DNA of 58,295 nt, the filler included, from Sphacelaria rigidula (lineage: Eukaryota), in the NCBI GenBank assembly GCA_964200075.2. It is 3 parts of 3 records of this genome, joined end to end, with 100 filler letters (N's around TTAATTAATTAA, not from the genome) between each part and the next. Parts side by side here need not be neighbours in the genome. Positions count along the whole stretch, not along the records: positions 19,471 to 38,835 come from CAXNAA020000680.1; positions 38,936 to 58,295 come from CAXNAA020000681.1; 1 more part is not named here. One strand, 5' to 3'. Both the position numbers and the translations under genes were made by a program. Positions 34,901 through 45,000 of the stretch are shown here, one piece after another. The notes below the pieces were generated by a model that ran no database searches, had not been told where the DNA came from, and saw nothing but the letters and a program-made list of their open reading frames with translations. Positions within the stretch are counted from its first letter, which is position 1; each line of letters starts with the position of its first letter.

Positions 34901-37687
34901 GCCATCATATTGCTCGCCCAGTATATATTGACCACCCGACGCGTCGATATATTGAGCGGGCAATAATATGTATTACATTGGTCTTGTCCAGGGTGTGCCA
35001 TATTTCGAGATGATTCGCCCCGAGGTAGTCCGAGGAATGTTTGTACAAAGCTACCTTGCGTCACAAGGAAAGCTGATCCCAAACGGTCGATTTAAGCTCA
35101 AGCGCACATGGAAAACATCGGTAGAATACCATAATCACGTTTTTCAGAGGGGGGGGGGGGGGGGTGAGCGTACTTCTGTGTACTTGAGCGCACCAATGGC
35201 CCACTGCTTACGCCGTTTATTGGAAGTAGACCTTTAAAATTTTGGATACGGGTACTCTGAGATATATATATATATATGTATAGAAGGGCTGTATGAATGG
35301 TATATTTTGGTTGTTTTCCGCCAGATATCCAGAGTCCCAGGAAGGGGGTACGCCGTAACCCCCCCCAAAAGACCTCATTCATGCAGCCCTTCCCAACATC
35401 TGAGTACCCGTATGCAAAATTTCAGGGTCTACGAGCTGGTTAAGATTGAATGCCCCAAATTCATTCCCCGGGATTTCCTCACGCCGTTTTTTCGAGCTAG
35501 ACCACGAAAACTTGCACACATGTTCTTGAAGCACTATCTAAAACTCGAAAACCGTTTTTGTTGTTGTTGGTGTCGAGATAGTCGGGAACTGACCCCTCCC
35601 CCGGTCAAGTAGGTCAACTGTGACCTTGGATAAAAAGCTACCAACAAAAAAAATAGAAGTAAAACCCGGTCTTCGAGTCGTAGATAGTGCCTTCAAGAAC
35701 ATGTATGTGTGCAATTCTTCGTGGTCTAACTCGAAAAAATAGCGCGAGGAAATGCCAAAACGTGCGCTGAAGTATAAAAAAGTATGCAATTACTTGATCA
35801 AAGCACAGAATCGCCCTCTTGGGGGGTTGTTTCCACGCAAGACCCAGCCGGTTCAGTTTTTTTAGCTGAGCAACGAAAATAGGTACACATGCTCCTTGGG
35901 ATACCACCTAACCCTGAGATGTCAATTTTTTGGCGTTGGTGCATTCTGTACCGGTTTGCTGTTTTTTTTTATGCTGGGACCCCCGGAAGCCGGTAGAGAA
36001 CGGAGATAATTTGAAATCTTGCCAAGAATATAATCTTTCCAATTGGAGCATCAATACCTACGGAACTGCCAAGTTTGAGGATGATGTGAGCTTTTCTCCA
36101 ACAGATATAAGGGGAATCGTCTCGAGGCTCCGTGGGTCTTTCGCACGTATCATCAGTGGAATTAGACGACACCCAAGCTCCACATCACCGAAACATTACG
36201 GTTTTGGGCAAACTTCGACCCCGTTGGAACCGTTTTCAAATCTGTTTCCCCCGTTAGATTCCTGAGCTGATGACGGTTACTACGATTTGAATCATATGAA
36301 CATTCGGTGGAAATTGGGCTTGGATACGTGTTTTCAATTTCGGAATAATAAGTTGAAGGCGCTGATTGGTCGAGACATATTTTTGTCCATGGCGCCACCA
36401 CTATAGCCTTGACCAAAGATCCAGCCATGTCACCCTTTTCGTCTGTTCATTGCGGTCAGTATGATATCACATTTGTGCATATTGGCTGGGTATTACGTTC
36501 GCCATTAGCCGGGGAATAAAGTTTGGGTATTCAATCTGACCCAGCTTGTATAACACCAAAAAACGGCGTGAGCAATCGCCGGGGAGTAAATTCCGGTCGT
36601 TCACCTTGAACCAGCCTGTATGACAGTCTCGACCAGCGTTTCAGGTAGACCTCAGGCCGTTGTTGCAGCAGCCGCAGTTTGCCGCAAAAACGGAGGACCG
36701 CCAGAGGGTAATTTTTGGGGATATACCATAATATAAGCAATATGCACCAGAAATCGCTCAAAAATGAGTGCTTTTCAGGTTGATTCGGGCATTTTACCAA
36801 TTTGTCGCCTTCGGCGACAAGAAAGGGCTCAAGCCTGTTCTCGTCTTTCGTGAGAAATAACGTACCCCCCAATTTTTATTACCGCCTACGGCGAAATTAC
36901 GTGCGCTTAAAATTGTCCCCTTGCGGCAAAGCTGCAACAGGGATATCCGCGGGACGTGCGCCTCTTCAGAATCTCCATCAGTTTGTTGCGGTGCCGCAAC
37001 GCCGCATCATCTATCTGAATGGTTGGTCGACTCCAACCAAGTATACAGTCAACCATTGCTTTAGCTCGTTGAACCGGGTACTGTTGTTGTAGGTCTGCTG
37101 CAGGTTGGAGCATTCCTCTGCAGGAGCCATTTCACAAACTAGATGAAAGGTTCCCGATCGCAGGAAGCAATCTTCGGCAGTCAGCGCCATAACTACAATT
37201 ACTCAGCGTTGTATGTTCAGTAGAACGGTACGGACAGACAGCACAGACAGTACAGCCCAGCAGGATTGGAGCACTGCCGCCATATCAGGGAACCAACAAG
37301 TCAGGGAAGGACCTTCGCAAAGGCAAAATGGATAAGAAGGTGGATCCGTATACACTACTTTCCATACTACAGTAGTAGTCACACCGACGGCTAGAGGCAG
37401 CGTACCTGAATGATGCGCGAAATTTCATCGCCTACGAATTTGCTCAGCTCATCTCGGTGCTGTAGAACATCCGGCATAATGCTCCCCAAGAAACCCAGTC
37501 TCTCGGTGGCATCTTCCAGCATGGCGATAATGCGATGCGATTGCTCCGGCCCCAAGGCAAGATCGTCCCCCCTTGCCACCACAACCGCGGAAGCACCAGC
37601 ATTACCGGTTTTCATTCGATTGCTGCTTGGGGTTTCGCCGAGGACTGCCGGCCCCGCCGCCACTTGTTGCCGGACTACATCGGTCAT
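19980..37687 (-). CDS. DRC9: Dynein regulatory complex protein 9 / IQCG-like, 5' part; join of exons 37687-37406, 22641-22552, 21325-21158, 20135-19980
   Basis: All four exons have canonical splice borders and join in phase 0: ...SHRIIAMLEDATERLGFLGSIMPDVLQHRDELSKFVGDEISRIIQ|EQRQLEARYEKLIAQRSTLKGLANKSRYKE|IQAEIQEVSRALRESTKNLGRNLKDNPNISGNLFKIQRER...|TRSFQALVAMVEDD...VKREKE. From memory this resembles the IQCG motifs '[21 protein letters not shown]' and 'KIQIDR'. The C-terminal IQ motif is not in the window; the paralogue DRC10/IQCD is not fully excluded. Confidence 0.8.
22908..23264 (+). mobile_element. tRNA-derived SINE, apparently full length
   Basis: Pol III A box TGGCTCAGTTGG (22915-22926) and B box GGTTCAAATC (~22959); no cloverleaf; ends in an ACAAC-like tail. 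The head is shared with 32567-32684 and the 3' part with 30910-31108. Confidence 0.75.
24151..24550 (+). repeat. 5' LTR of the copia element (~400 bp)
   Basis: TG...CA bounded and collinear with 29581-29979; shares GCTCGTGAGCCGACCG and GTCTGGGCACACAGCACGGGGCT. Confidence 0.8.
29168..29265. mobile_element. 98-bp piggyBac-like MITE inserted into the copia RNase H region
   Basis: TTAA duplication (29164-29167, 29266-29269) and CCCTT...AAGGG termini. Excision restores the RNase H-like reading KHPLSSSNIKHLHVRY. Confidence 0.88.
29581..29979 (+). repeat. 3' LTR of the copia element
   Basis: Starts with TG directly after the polypurine tract; collinear with 24151-24550. Confidence 0.82.
30910..31108 (+). 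mobile_element. Retroposon 3' end homologous to the SINE tail
   Basis: GGTCGACGAGGGAAAGGG...CCTCCTGTGTGACCCCGGCTG...GGTGTAGAC.GGCG...CACAACACAAC is shared with 23051-23262. Confidence 0.7.
31554..31993. repeat. 440-bp fold-back palindrome (MITE-like)
   Basis: ~215-bp arms are reverse complements (e.g. GGATTTCGATAACCGAAAT / ATTTCGGTTATCGAAATCC); centre GATCCGATAGGATC at ~31773. Confidence 0.92.
32178..32402. mobile_element. TGT...ACA MITE (Ginger-like) with TTAGGG tract, copy 2
   Basis: TIR TGTAATGCGTGAGAGG...; 5-bp TSD GGCAT; internal GGTTAGGGTTAGGGTTAGTGTTAGTG. Confidence 0.85.
32567..32684 (-). mobile_element. tRNA-derived SINE head, second copy
   Basis: The minus strand reads GGTGGCTCAGTTGGTAACCTCGAAA...GAGTTCGAATC...GCCCAACAGTGGAGAGC, matching 22912-23020. 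Confidence 0.75.
32860..33340 (+). mobile_element. Dispersed repeat family copy, interrupted at 33345 and resuming at ~34998-35055
   Basis: Homologous to 11160-11760. Sequence after 34997 (GAGATGATTCGCCCCGAGGTAGTCC...ACAAAG) matches the continuation at 11645-11690. Confidence 0.72.
33345..34997. mobile_element. TIR-bounded non-coding element carrying ~25 units of a ~43-bp conserved-motif / variable-spacer array
   Basis: TIR CACACCCTGGA / TCCAGGGTGTG; CAATATATATTG or close variants recur at 42-45 bp intervals in three blocks; the element interrupts another repeat. Confidence 0.8.
35935..36400 (-). mobile_element. Dispersed repeat family copy, inverted relative to 32860-33340
   Basis: The minus strand reads GGTGGCGCCA...CCAATCAGCGCCTTCAA...TTCCACTGATGATACG...CCTCAAACTTGGCAGTTCCGTAGGTA. 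Confidence 0.75.
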
Positions 37688-38078
37688 CGCAGCGGTGCGG
37701 GGGTTGAAGCGTAGTGTCTTTATACATCTAGCCGCACGTGTGCGTATGCGGGGTGCGCCGCCCCGTGTTGCACTGTACAGTTGTTGTGACACGCCCACGC
37801 GACCAGACAGACACAGTCAGTAGTACTGTAGTGCAGTACAGAAGGAGTGCTCAAAATACGCCTCGCAGGTGACGGTTACATAACGCCTCCAGGAGATATG
37901 TCCACACACTCAGGCTAGGAAAAAAGTCGCCGGCGATCCCCACGCAGGCAGGCTGATGTGGACTATATGGCACGTTTGGGGGTTCAGAGCAGCTGTTTCC
38001 TTGCTACACAAACCTCCCGTATTCATAACCATGTGGATGTTGGGCATCTATATAGAAAATAGTATCGGAGATCACCTG

Positions 38079-38196
38079 ACCTCACGGGTGGACACTGGGG
38101 TGCCTGCAACCTCAAATTTGGACGTTGCAGACATCGCACAAGGTATGTAACGTCCAAATTTGAGGTTACAGGCACCCCAGTGGCCACCCGTGCGGT
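38079..38196. repeat. 118-bp near-perfect hairpin upstream of the DRC9 start codon
   Basis: 51-bp arms with 4 mismatches and a 16-nt loop. Confidence 0.9.
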
Positions 38197-38835
38197 TTTG
38201 ACCGCGTGCAGTCTGTTTCGTCTAGAAGAGGCACTATGTGTGCTATACAACAGTGTCTTCACAGGATACAACGGCAAGAGGGAGTCAGCCATCCATCTCC
38301 ACCGAACACAATCTACTGCACGCTGGTGATTCAGATGGCTCTGCTAAGTTTTCCATAACAACGCAACGGGTAGTGTGAAGCTATGCTGGCAACACATGAG
38401 GGGTCAGGAACGTGGCACAGACGATGAGCGGAGTAAAAAGCACGCGTTGTTTGTGCCCACGCAATCTTTCAATTTGCTTGAATTATCACGACCAAAATTA
38501 GAAACAACATGAAATATCTGAGCGAATAAGGGTATGGCATTCTTGCATGCCATACCCTTTGGATCGGATCCCCATGAAGGTTGAACACGAATCACGCACC
38601 AAAGAGCCATCTGGTATGGATTACGGATGGTAATAAACTTGTACGCGTTCAAGGTTGACACTTTCTACGATAGCCCCCCCCCCGAAATCAGCTCAAAAGT
38701 GTCACGAAAAAAATGGCCATACTGCGCCTGATGTTTGGGTTCAGGCTGCATAAACGCCTCATATTGGCGACATCGGCTAGAACGAACCCAAGCGTGTGAA
38801 TTCCCATCTTCTCGTTGTGCTCGGCTTTTCCCATT

Positions 38836-38935
38836 NNNNNNNNNNNNNNNNNNNNNNNNNNNNNNNNNNNNNNNNNNNNTTAATTAATTAANNNNNNNNN
38901 NNNNNNNNNNNNNNNNNNNNNNNNNNNNNNNNNNN
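38836..38935. other. Assembly gap (100 bp, N-TTAATTAATTAA-N linker)
   Basis: Same layout as 19371-19470. Confidence 0.97.
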
Positions 38936-39098
38936 CCCCGGAAGAAAAATCAGGCCCCTCCCTCATGTCAACCCTCTCATCTCTACCCCCCCGCCCCCCC
39001 GCCCGACGTCCATGAACACGGTGACTACCACTATGTCCCCCGCCCCCCCCCCCACCCGCCGGCAACGCGGTTGCCTGATGGGTAAGATAGCGTCTCAC

Positions 39099-42000
39099 CC
39101 CCTCGTGGCGAGTGGAGGTGTCCATGTCCAAGAAGGCGGTGTTGGCTCCTTCCCCCGGAAACAGCCGCTCCAGCGTTACGAACTCCCCGGTAGCTCCGCG
39201 CCGCACCGGTAGGTTGGGCTGTTTCACATACCAGATCGAAATTTTGTGTTGACGTTGCGTTTTTTTTTTCCAGCCGAAGATACAGAAACACAAGAAATTC
39301 AAAGGAACGGAACAAAACAAAACAAAACAAAATGGGAGAGAGAGGGCAAGGGAGAGAAAGGGGGGCAAGGGTTTACACGAGGATATGACATGATACAAGG
39401 GTCAAGTAATGGGTGCGAGGGAAGGGAAGGGAAGTGGACAGGGGCGGAAATCCTTGAGAACCTCATGAGAATACTTGATATGCACTTGATATATGAAATA
39501 CTGTGCGGGAGAGGCATTTAGAATGTCCTGTTCAATAATCCGGTGAAAGGTAGGGCAGCGAAAAACGAGCCCGAGGGATGGGGCACAGGTCGTGGTTTCG
39601 TGACCCCAGAAGTGTGAATCAAATAGACGAGGAGAAAAAAAAAAGACGAAACATTACAAGTATTCAAGAGAAGATACAACCATTGAACAATTCAGGCAAA
39701 AGGCTACAATTGAACATCGGGTGCGCGAATGGAAATAAAACGGAGAAAGGGTAAAAAAATAGAGCAGAACAGGGTGTTCACGCTGCACTTCACGTACGCA
39801 CGAAGGGACTCTGAAGTCGTCCGTCAAACGCAAGAAACGAAATATATATATGAATATATGGGCTAACCGCCCTGGAAAAAGGAACACATTCAAACTGTTG
39901 TTTGGAAAACACCAAGTGTCCCCTCCACTTCAGCTTTACCCTCAATCCTCGAGAATGAGTAGGGATGATCACCTGGAAGTAACCTGCCTCCAGCCAAGAT
40001 CTCATCTCGGACCCCTCGAACGGCCCCTGCACACGCATCTGCGGGTCCAAATAGTACCACGATGCTCCCCCCCCTGCTCCTGCCCGTGCCGCAGCCGCTT
40101 GCGCGACTTCAGCCTCCTCCCTCTGCTGTTGCTGTTGCCTCCTCTGCAGAGCCTCGACCTGTGCCTGGTGTTGTTGCTGTGCCGCCTGCTGCGCCGCCTG
40201 TTGCAGCAGCTGTGCGTGCTGCAGGGTCGGTTGGGCGTGCGGTATGGACGGACGCTGAGAAGCCGGTGTTCCTGGGGCAGCCACGCCCAGATCCGAGCGC
40301 AACGCGCCTACACCCTGTTGTTGCTGCTGTTGTTGCTGTGCCTGGCGCTCCAGCAGAAGCCTGCGGCGCTGCTGCGCCAGTTGATCTTGCGCTTGTTGTT
40401 CCGCCCGCTGCAGCTGCTGCTCTTGCAGCTCGTGCATCTGTAGCTGTTGTTCTTGAGCAAGCCTAATCTCTCTTTCTCTGGCCTCACGCTGTTGTTGTTG
40501 CTGCTGCTGTTGACGTTGGCGGTCCTATTTTTTTTGTGTGTTTTTACGAACGGTTTCAAGAGACGTTGATTGAGTTTTTTTCATTACAATGCGTGGGTGA
40601 GCACACTAAAAAAAGCACGAGTACAGCATTCGTTTTCGGAGCAATTCACGACAAAAAAATGAGGTAGGGGTGGGGTCTCTCAAGACTCTCGCATGCCCTA
40701 GTCACAGGACCACTGACCTCGCATCTCTTCAAAGCCGGGACGAAGCACACCTGGCTTTCGCTGGACAGGGTTCTATATCACCGGGACCCAAGCGCCGTTA
40801 TGTGTTAGGCGAGTCGTTCGAAGGATAAGCCACATTCTACCAAGATTGTTAGACCTGAAGATGTCCTAATCATTTGGAAATTGACAACAGATTATATGAT
40901 GAGCTGCTTCATTCTCTGGTATCGCCACTTCTAGAAGGCCATGGATTGCAAATTGCCTCCATGTGTATTTCACCATAATAACACCGCAAGGTGCAATCAT
41001 CCCCTTTGCACGAAGTTGAAACTCTCTACCCCGCACGGTGTCATGTAACTCGACCATCACCATGATTACCGCAAGAAAACGCCAGCGAGAAAAAAAGGTA
41101 AACTTGTTGGCTAGCTTACTGAGGGGCGTGTTTTACAGTGTCGTTGCCAACCGACGTCAATCCTCAAGGGGGTCGGTGGGGTGTTGGGGGGCACACACCC
41201 CTTCCCCCCCTCACGGAAACACCTCATGTTCTTGATGAGACGACCATTCAACAACACGGCATGTGTCGCGACGGCAGGAAAACCCATTACGAAGAATGAT
41301 AAGTACGCTGCGTAACATATTCAACACGTACATGGAGAGTCGTCTCTGCTTGCATCTGCTGGGCCAGGTGTAAAGCCGCCTGCTGCGCCTGACGCTGCAA
41401 TCAAACATACAGCAACAGACAACATATTCACATCAACGGCAGGACAAGGTGAATATATAATACAGGCACAACTAAAAACATTAGGCTGGCTTGAAAAAAA
41501 TAGGCATCTGTTCGATCGCGTTCCCGCGCTCCGGACGACGAGAGCCCCGGGCCGTGGGCAGAGAGGAGAGTGTCCTAGACACTCCCCAGCACAGAATCAT
41601 CTTTCAAAATCCACAAAATCAAACATCACGACAGCCTTACACTTCGCAAGCGCTGTCAAAACTTCAAGTCTTCGTGCACCCGCGTCCTGACTTGATTCCC
41701 TTGCAGTTGTTGCCCATCATAAAACTTAGATTCGGCCTACGCGATTGGTCTGACATATTGGTCGGAGACACAGCACAATACAGTGACTGTCGATAGGAAC
41801 TACGAAAGTGCGACGACCACATGTCAGTGAACATGTCACAGTCTGACCATCCACATCGGGACGTAAGGGCGGTCGTGCGGTGGAAGCCAGACAAATAGGC
41901 TGCCACGACAGCATACAACGGTCAGAACAGCACTCTAACTGAAACTGGTATATTGCTCCCTGGAATAGTATCGTCTGACCACAGACGATGCACATTTATC

Positions 42001-45000
42001 GGTTTCAAGTAACTGTCCGTTGATCAACGGCACACCACGGCTCGGCAACGAGTGGGAACGATTCTCCGTCTCGAAAGGGACGCGTGGTGAGTTGTCAAAT
42101 GAAAAAATGCCAGCAACAAGTGAGTACACCCTCCCCCCCCCCGCGATCACCTGCTGCTGCTCTACAAGTTGCTGCTGCTGCTGCTCAGCAAGCTGCTGCT
42201 GCTGTCGTTTTCGCAGCTGCTGCTGCTGCTGTTGCTGCTGTTGCAATAGGTGTGCCTGGTGCTGCACCCTCTGTTGCTGCTCGTACATGTCGCGATGCGG
42301 CTGTTGCTGCTGCGTAGTTCTCAGACGGGCAGCTTCTCCCTCGCGCTGCAAACGCTGAACACGAGGGGGACCCAGCAAACACGTGCATGGTGAATACGCG
42401 AGCGAGGAATCAAAAACAGATGAAATCGGGTATGATATATTCGGCCCGTGGTCTGTTGGGGGCACGAAGGTGGAGAGGAGGGAGAAGGGAGCCCATCAAC
42501 ACATCAAATTGATCAGTGACACGAGAACACTTATTTTCCATAGAGGGAACAAACTACACGCGTGAAATAACCTTGGCAATAAAGCCTTTGATCACCGCGG
42601 CGGATCTGTTGAATCGCTCTGTTCACTCCGAAGACTCGTATCCAAGACCTTGATTCTTCCCCCTGGTGGCTGAGGATGTGACAAGGTGAAACGTGGACAC
42701 GAGACAGGACCCACCACAAGCGGCGTGAAAAGCCAACACTTCATGGCGGACGAGAAAACACGTTCACTCACCGAGGCAAAGAGAAAAAAAAAAAAGGCGT
42801 CAATGACGACGACGGAACGTGGCACTACGCGAAACTTCCCGCACATCTTCTTTGGATAAAGTCGTCATAATCTCACCTGTTGCTCGCTGAGGTCAAGCAG
42901 CTGCTGTTCCCTGCTTCTCAGCTCCGCGGCGAGTTGCTGCTCCCTCTGCTGCTGCTGCTCGGCGTGCAGCAGCTGCTGCTGCTGCAGCAACAGCCGCTGC
43001 TGCTGGATGCGGCGCTGCATCACTTCTTGCTGTTGCTGGTCGACTTGGTCAGGCGGCTGCTGCCGCTGCTGATCCTGTCTATGAAGCATGGAAAGCAGGT
43101 CTGCTGCGGCATCTCGACGAGGTTGCTGTTGCTGTTGCTGCTCCTCCTGCTGCCGCTGCTGGTACTGAGAAGTGATGACCACAGTAAAGTATAGTGCAGG
43201 TGGTGTGGTATGGGTCGACAGCGGAACGAAGAAAGGAATAGGCAGGGGGTGTAGGTCACACAGGCAGGCCGTCATGCGCCAGCAGACAACGGAAAAGGGC
43301 CTCAGGCTACTACTGGAGAGAATAAATACAACACGAATGTCGCGTAATCGTACATCGATAAATATTGGTTCATCACAACGATACGGTGCAACGGGGCACG
43401 ATACGTCATGTCGGTAGTTGGAACCGATGATAGTCGCACTTCGTCCGTCCCCGGTTACAAAGCACATTCTACAACGGCAAGTAACATGTGCACCGATATA
43501 TCAGCTGTGGTACGAAGCAGCAGTGGTGAATATCAGCGACCCCGCCATGCTCACAGTGTGATGGCTGATCGCCTGTAAAATCGCAGCCTGCAAGCCATTT
43601 CAGTGTATCAGTCGCACGACTCCACATTGCCACGACACAAGTGGTAGCCGACCACATGCTCATCCTTTTCTTCAATTGCTGTGATTATTGCATGCTATTG
43701 GAGGTGAAGCTGAACCGAAAATGCCTTTTACCTTGGATGGCGCTTCCGACGAGGACACCCCGACAACGAGTACGGGGGTAGGGGGGGGTTGGCTTGAACT
43801 GCGCGTCTCGCTTGTCGACGGCAGCCCAACAGCAGGTACTTTTGAGACAAAAATCCTTCCTGTGCCGACACACAACCCCTGGCATACAGCGACGATCCAC
43901 CAACACACCTGCAGTACGCCCTGCTCCTTGAAAAGAAAAAAAACACGCAACTATGTTCCTTCCCCTTTATCCTCGCGACTACCCGCACCCCGTCACGCAA
44001 GCGTGTATGTTGATGTACCCAAGAACTCACTGCTTCTCTAAGCACGGCCATCCGTTGTCGCTGATGCTCATACAAGGCGGCATCAGCCGCTGAGGGCCCA
44101 GCAGCCGTCGCTGTCGCTGTCGCCGCCGCCGTTGCTGCCGTCGCCGCCCCCGGCAAAGGTGCCGCGGTTCCCGTCGCTCCCGAGGGGGCTGCAGCTGGGG
44201 ACGGGAACAAGCCAAGTTCTGCCAAAATGCTGGCGCGTCGCGACGCTGTCGTAATCGAAGGCTCGCCCGCCGGTGCCATTGCCCACGGTTCCTGTCAAGA
44301 CGAGAAACATTGATGACCACGACGATAAAATTGGCCTGAAAAAGAAAAGCGTCCGAGTGGTACATCACAGCTTTTCTCGTTCGAAACTCTTGGGCATGAC
44401 TTTTGCGATAGCTTCGGATTCTCGTTACTACTAAAAAAGCAGTTTTTAATACAGCGACATCACAACCAAGTCAAAGATAGTTTAGTTGGCAAAGGTGGGC
44501 CTCCCCTGAAAAGTGACCAGTGTGTACTCCTTGGTAGTCGAACGGTTATACCGTGAGCAACCCGTGGGGGCAAAAACGTGCATCACCGGCGCCAACAGCT
44601 CAGATATAATGGCTGAACCTTTGCTGGCACCATCGTCAAAAGTTCGCTCAAGAATTCTTTCGAGTCACCGTGGGTTTTTTCCATCTGCCATGCGTTATAT
44701 TCAATCACGTCACACTTCATACTATAGGTGGCACACGCCCCCTCACTCTTGTTTTTGGCCTCAGGCTGCTCCTTGTGGCAAGCAAAAGAAGCAATCTGGA
44801 TAAAGAGCCTTTCATCAAACTTCTCCATCGTTTCACGCTCCAAAAAGGAGCTTTCCAACAAATCTCAGATTTTTGGGGAAATTGATAGATCTCCGAGAAA
44901 AAAGCAAGTTTGAGCAAAAAAACTGCGGCCATCGGAAAAACGCACAGGTGCGCTGGAACTGTCTTATCGAGTGCAGCGAGGCATTCCAGGGTGTCAAAAT

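Noticed and set aside
33345-34997. Calling the repeat-spacer array a CRISPR
   Set aside because: Eukaryotic intron context, a repeat of only 12 bp that is bipartite, no cas genes or leader, and TIR boundaries. Kept as an unexplained array instead.
42020-43194. Cys-, Leu- and Ala-rich plus-strand ORFs
   Set aside because: Antisense shadows of CAG-rich polyQ exons of the GIGYF-like gene.
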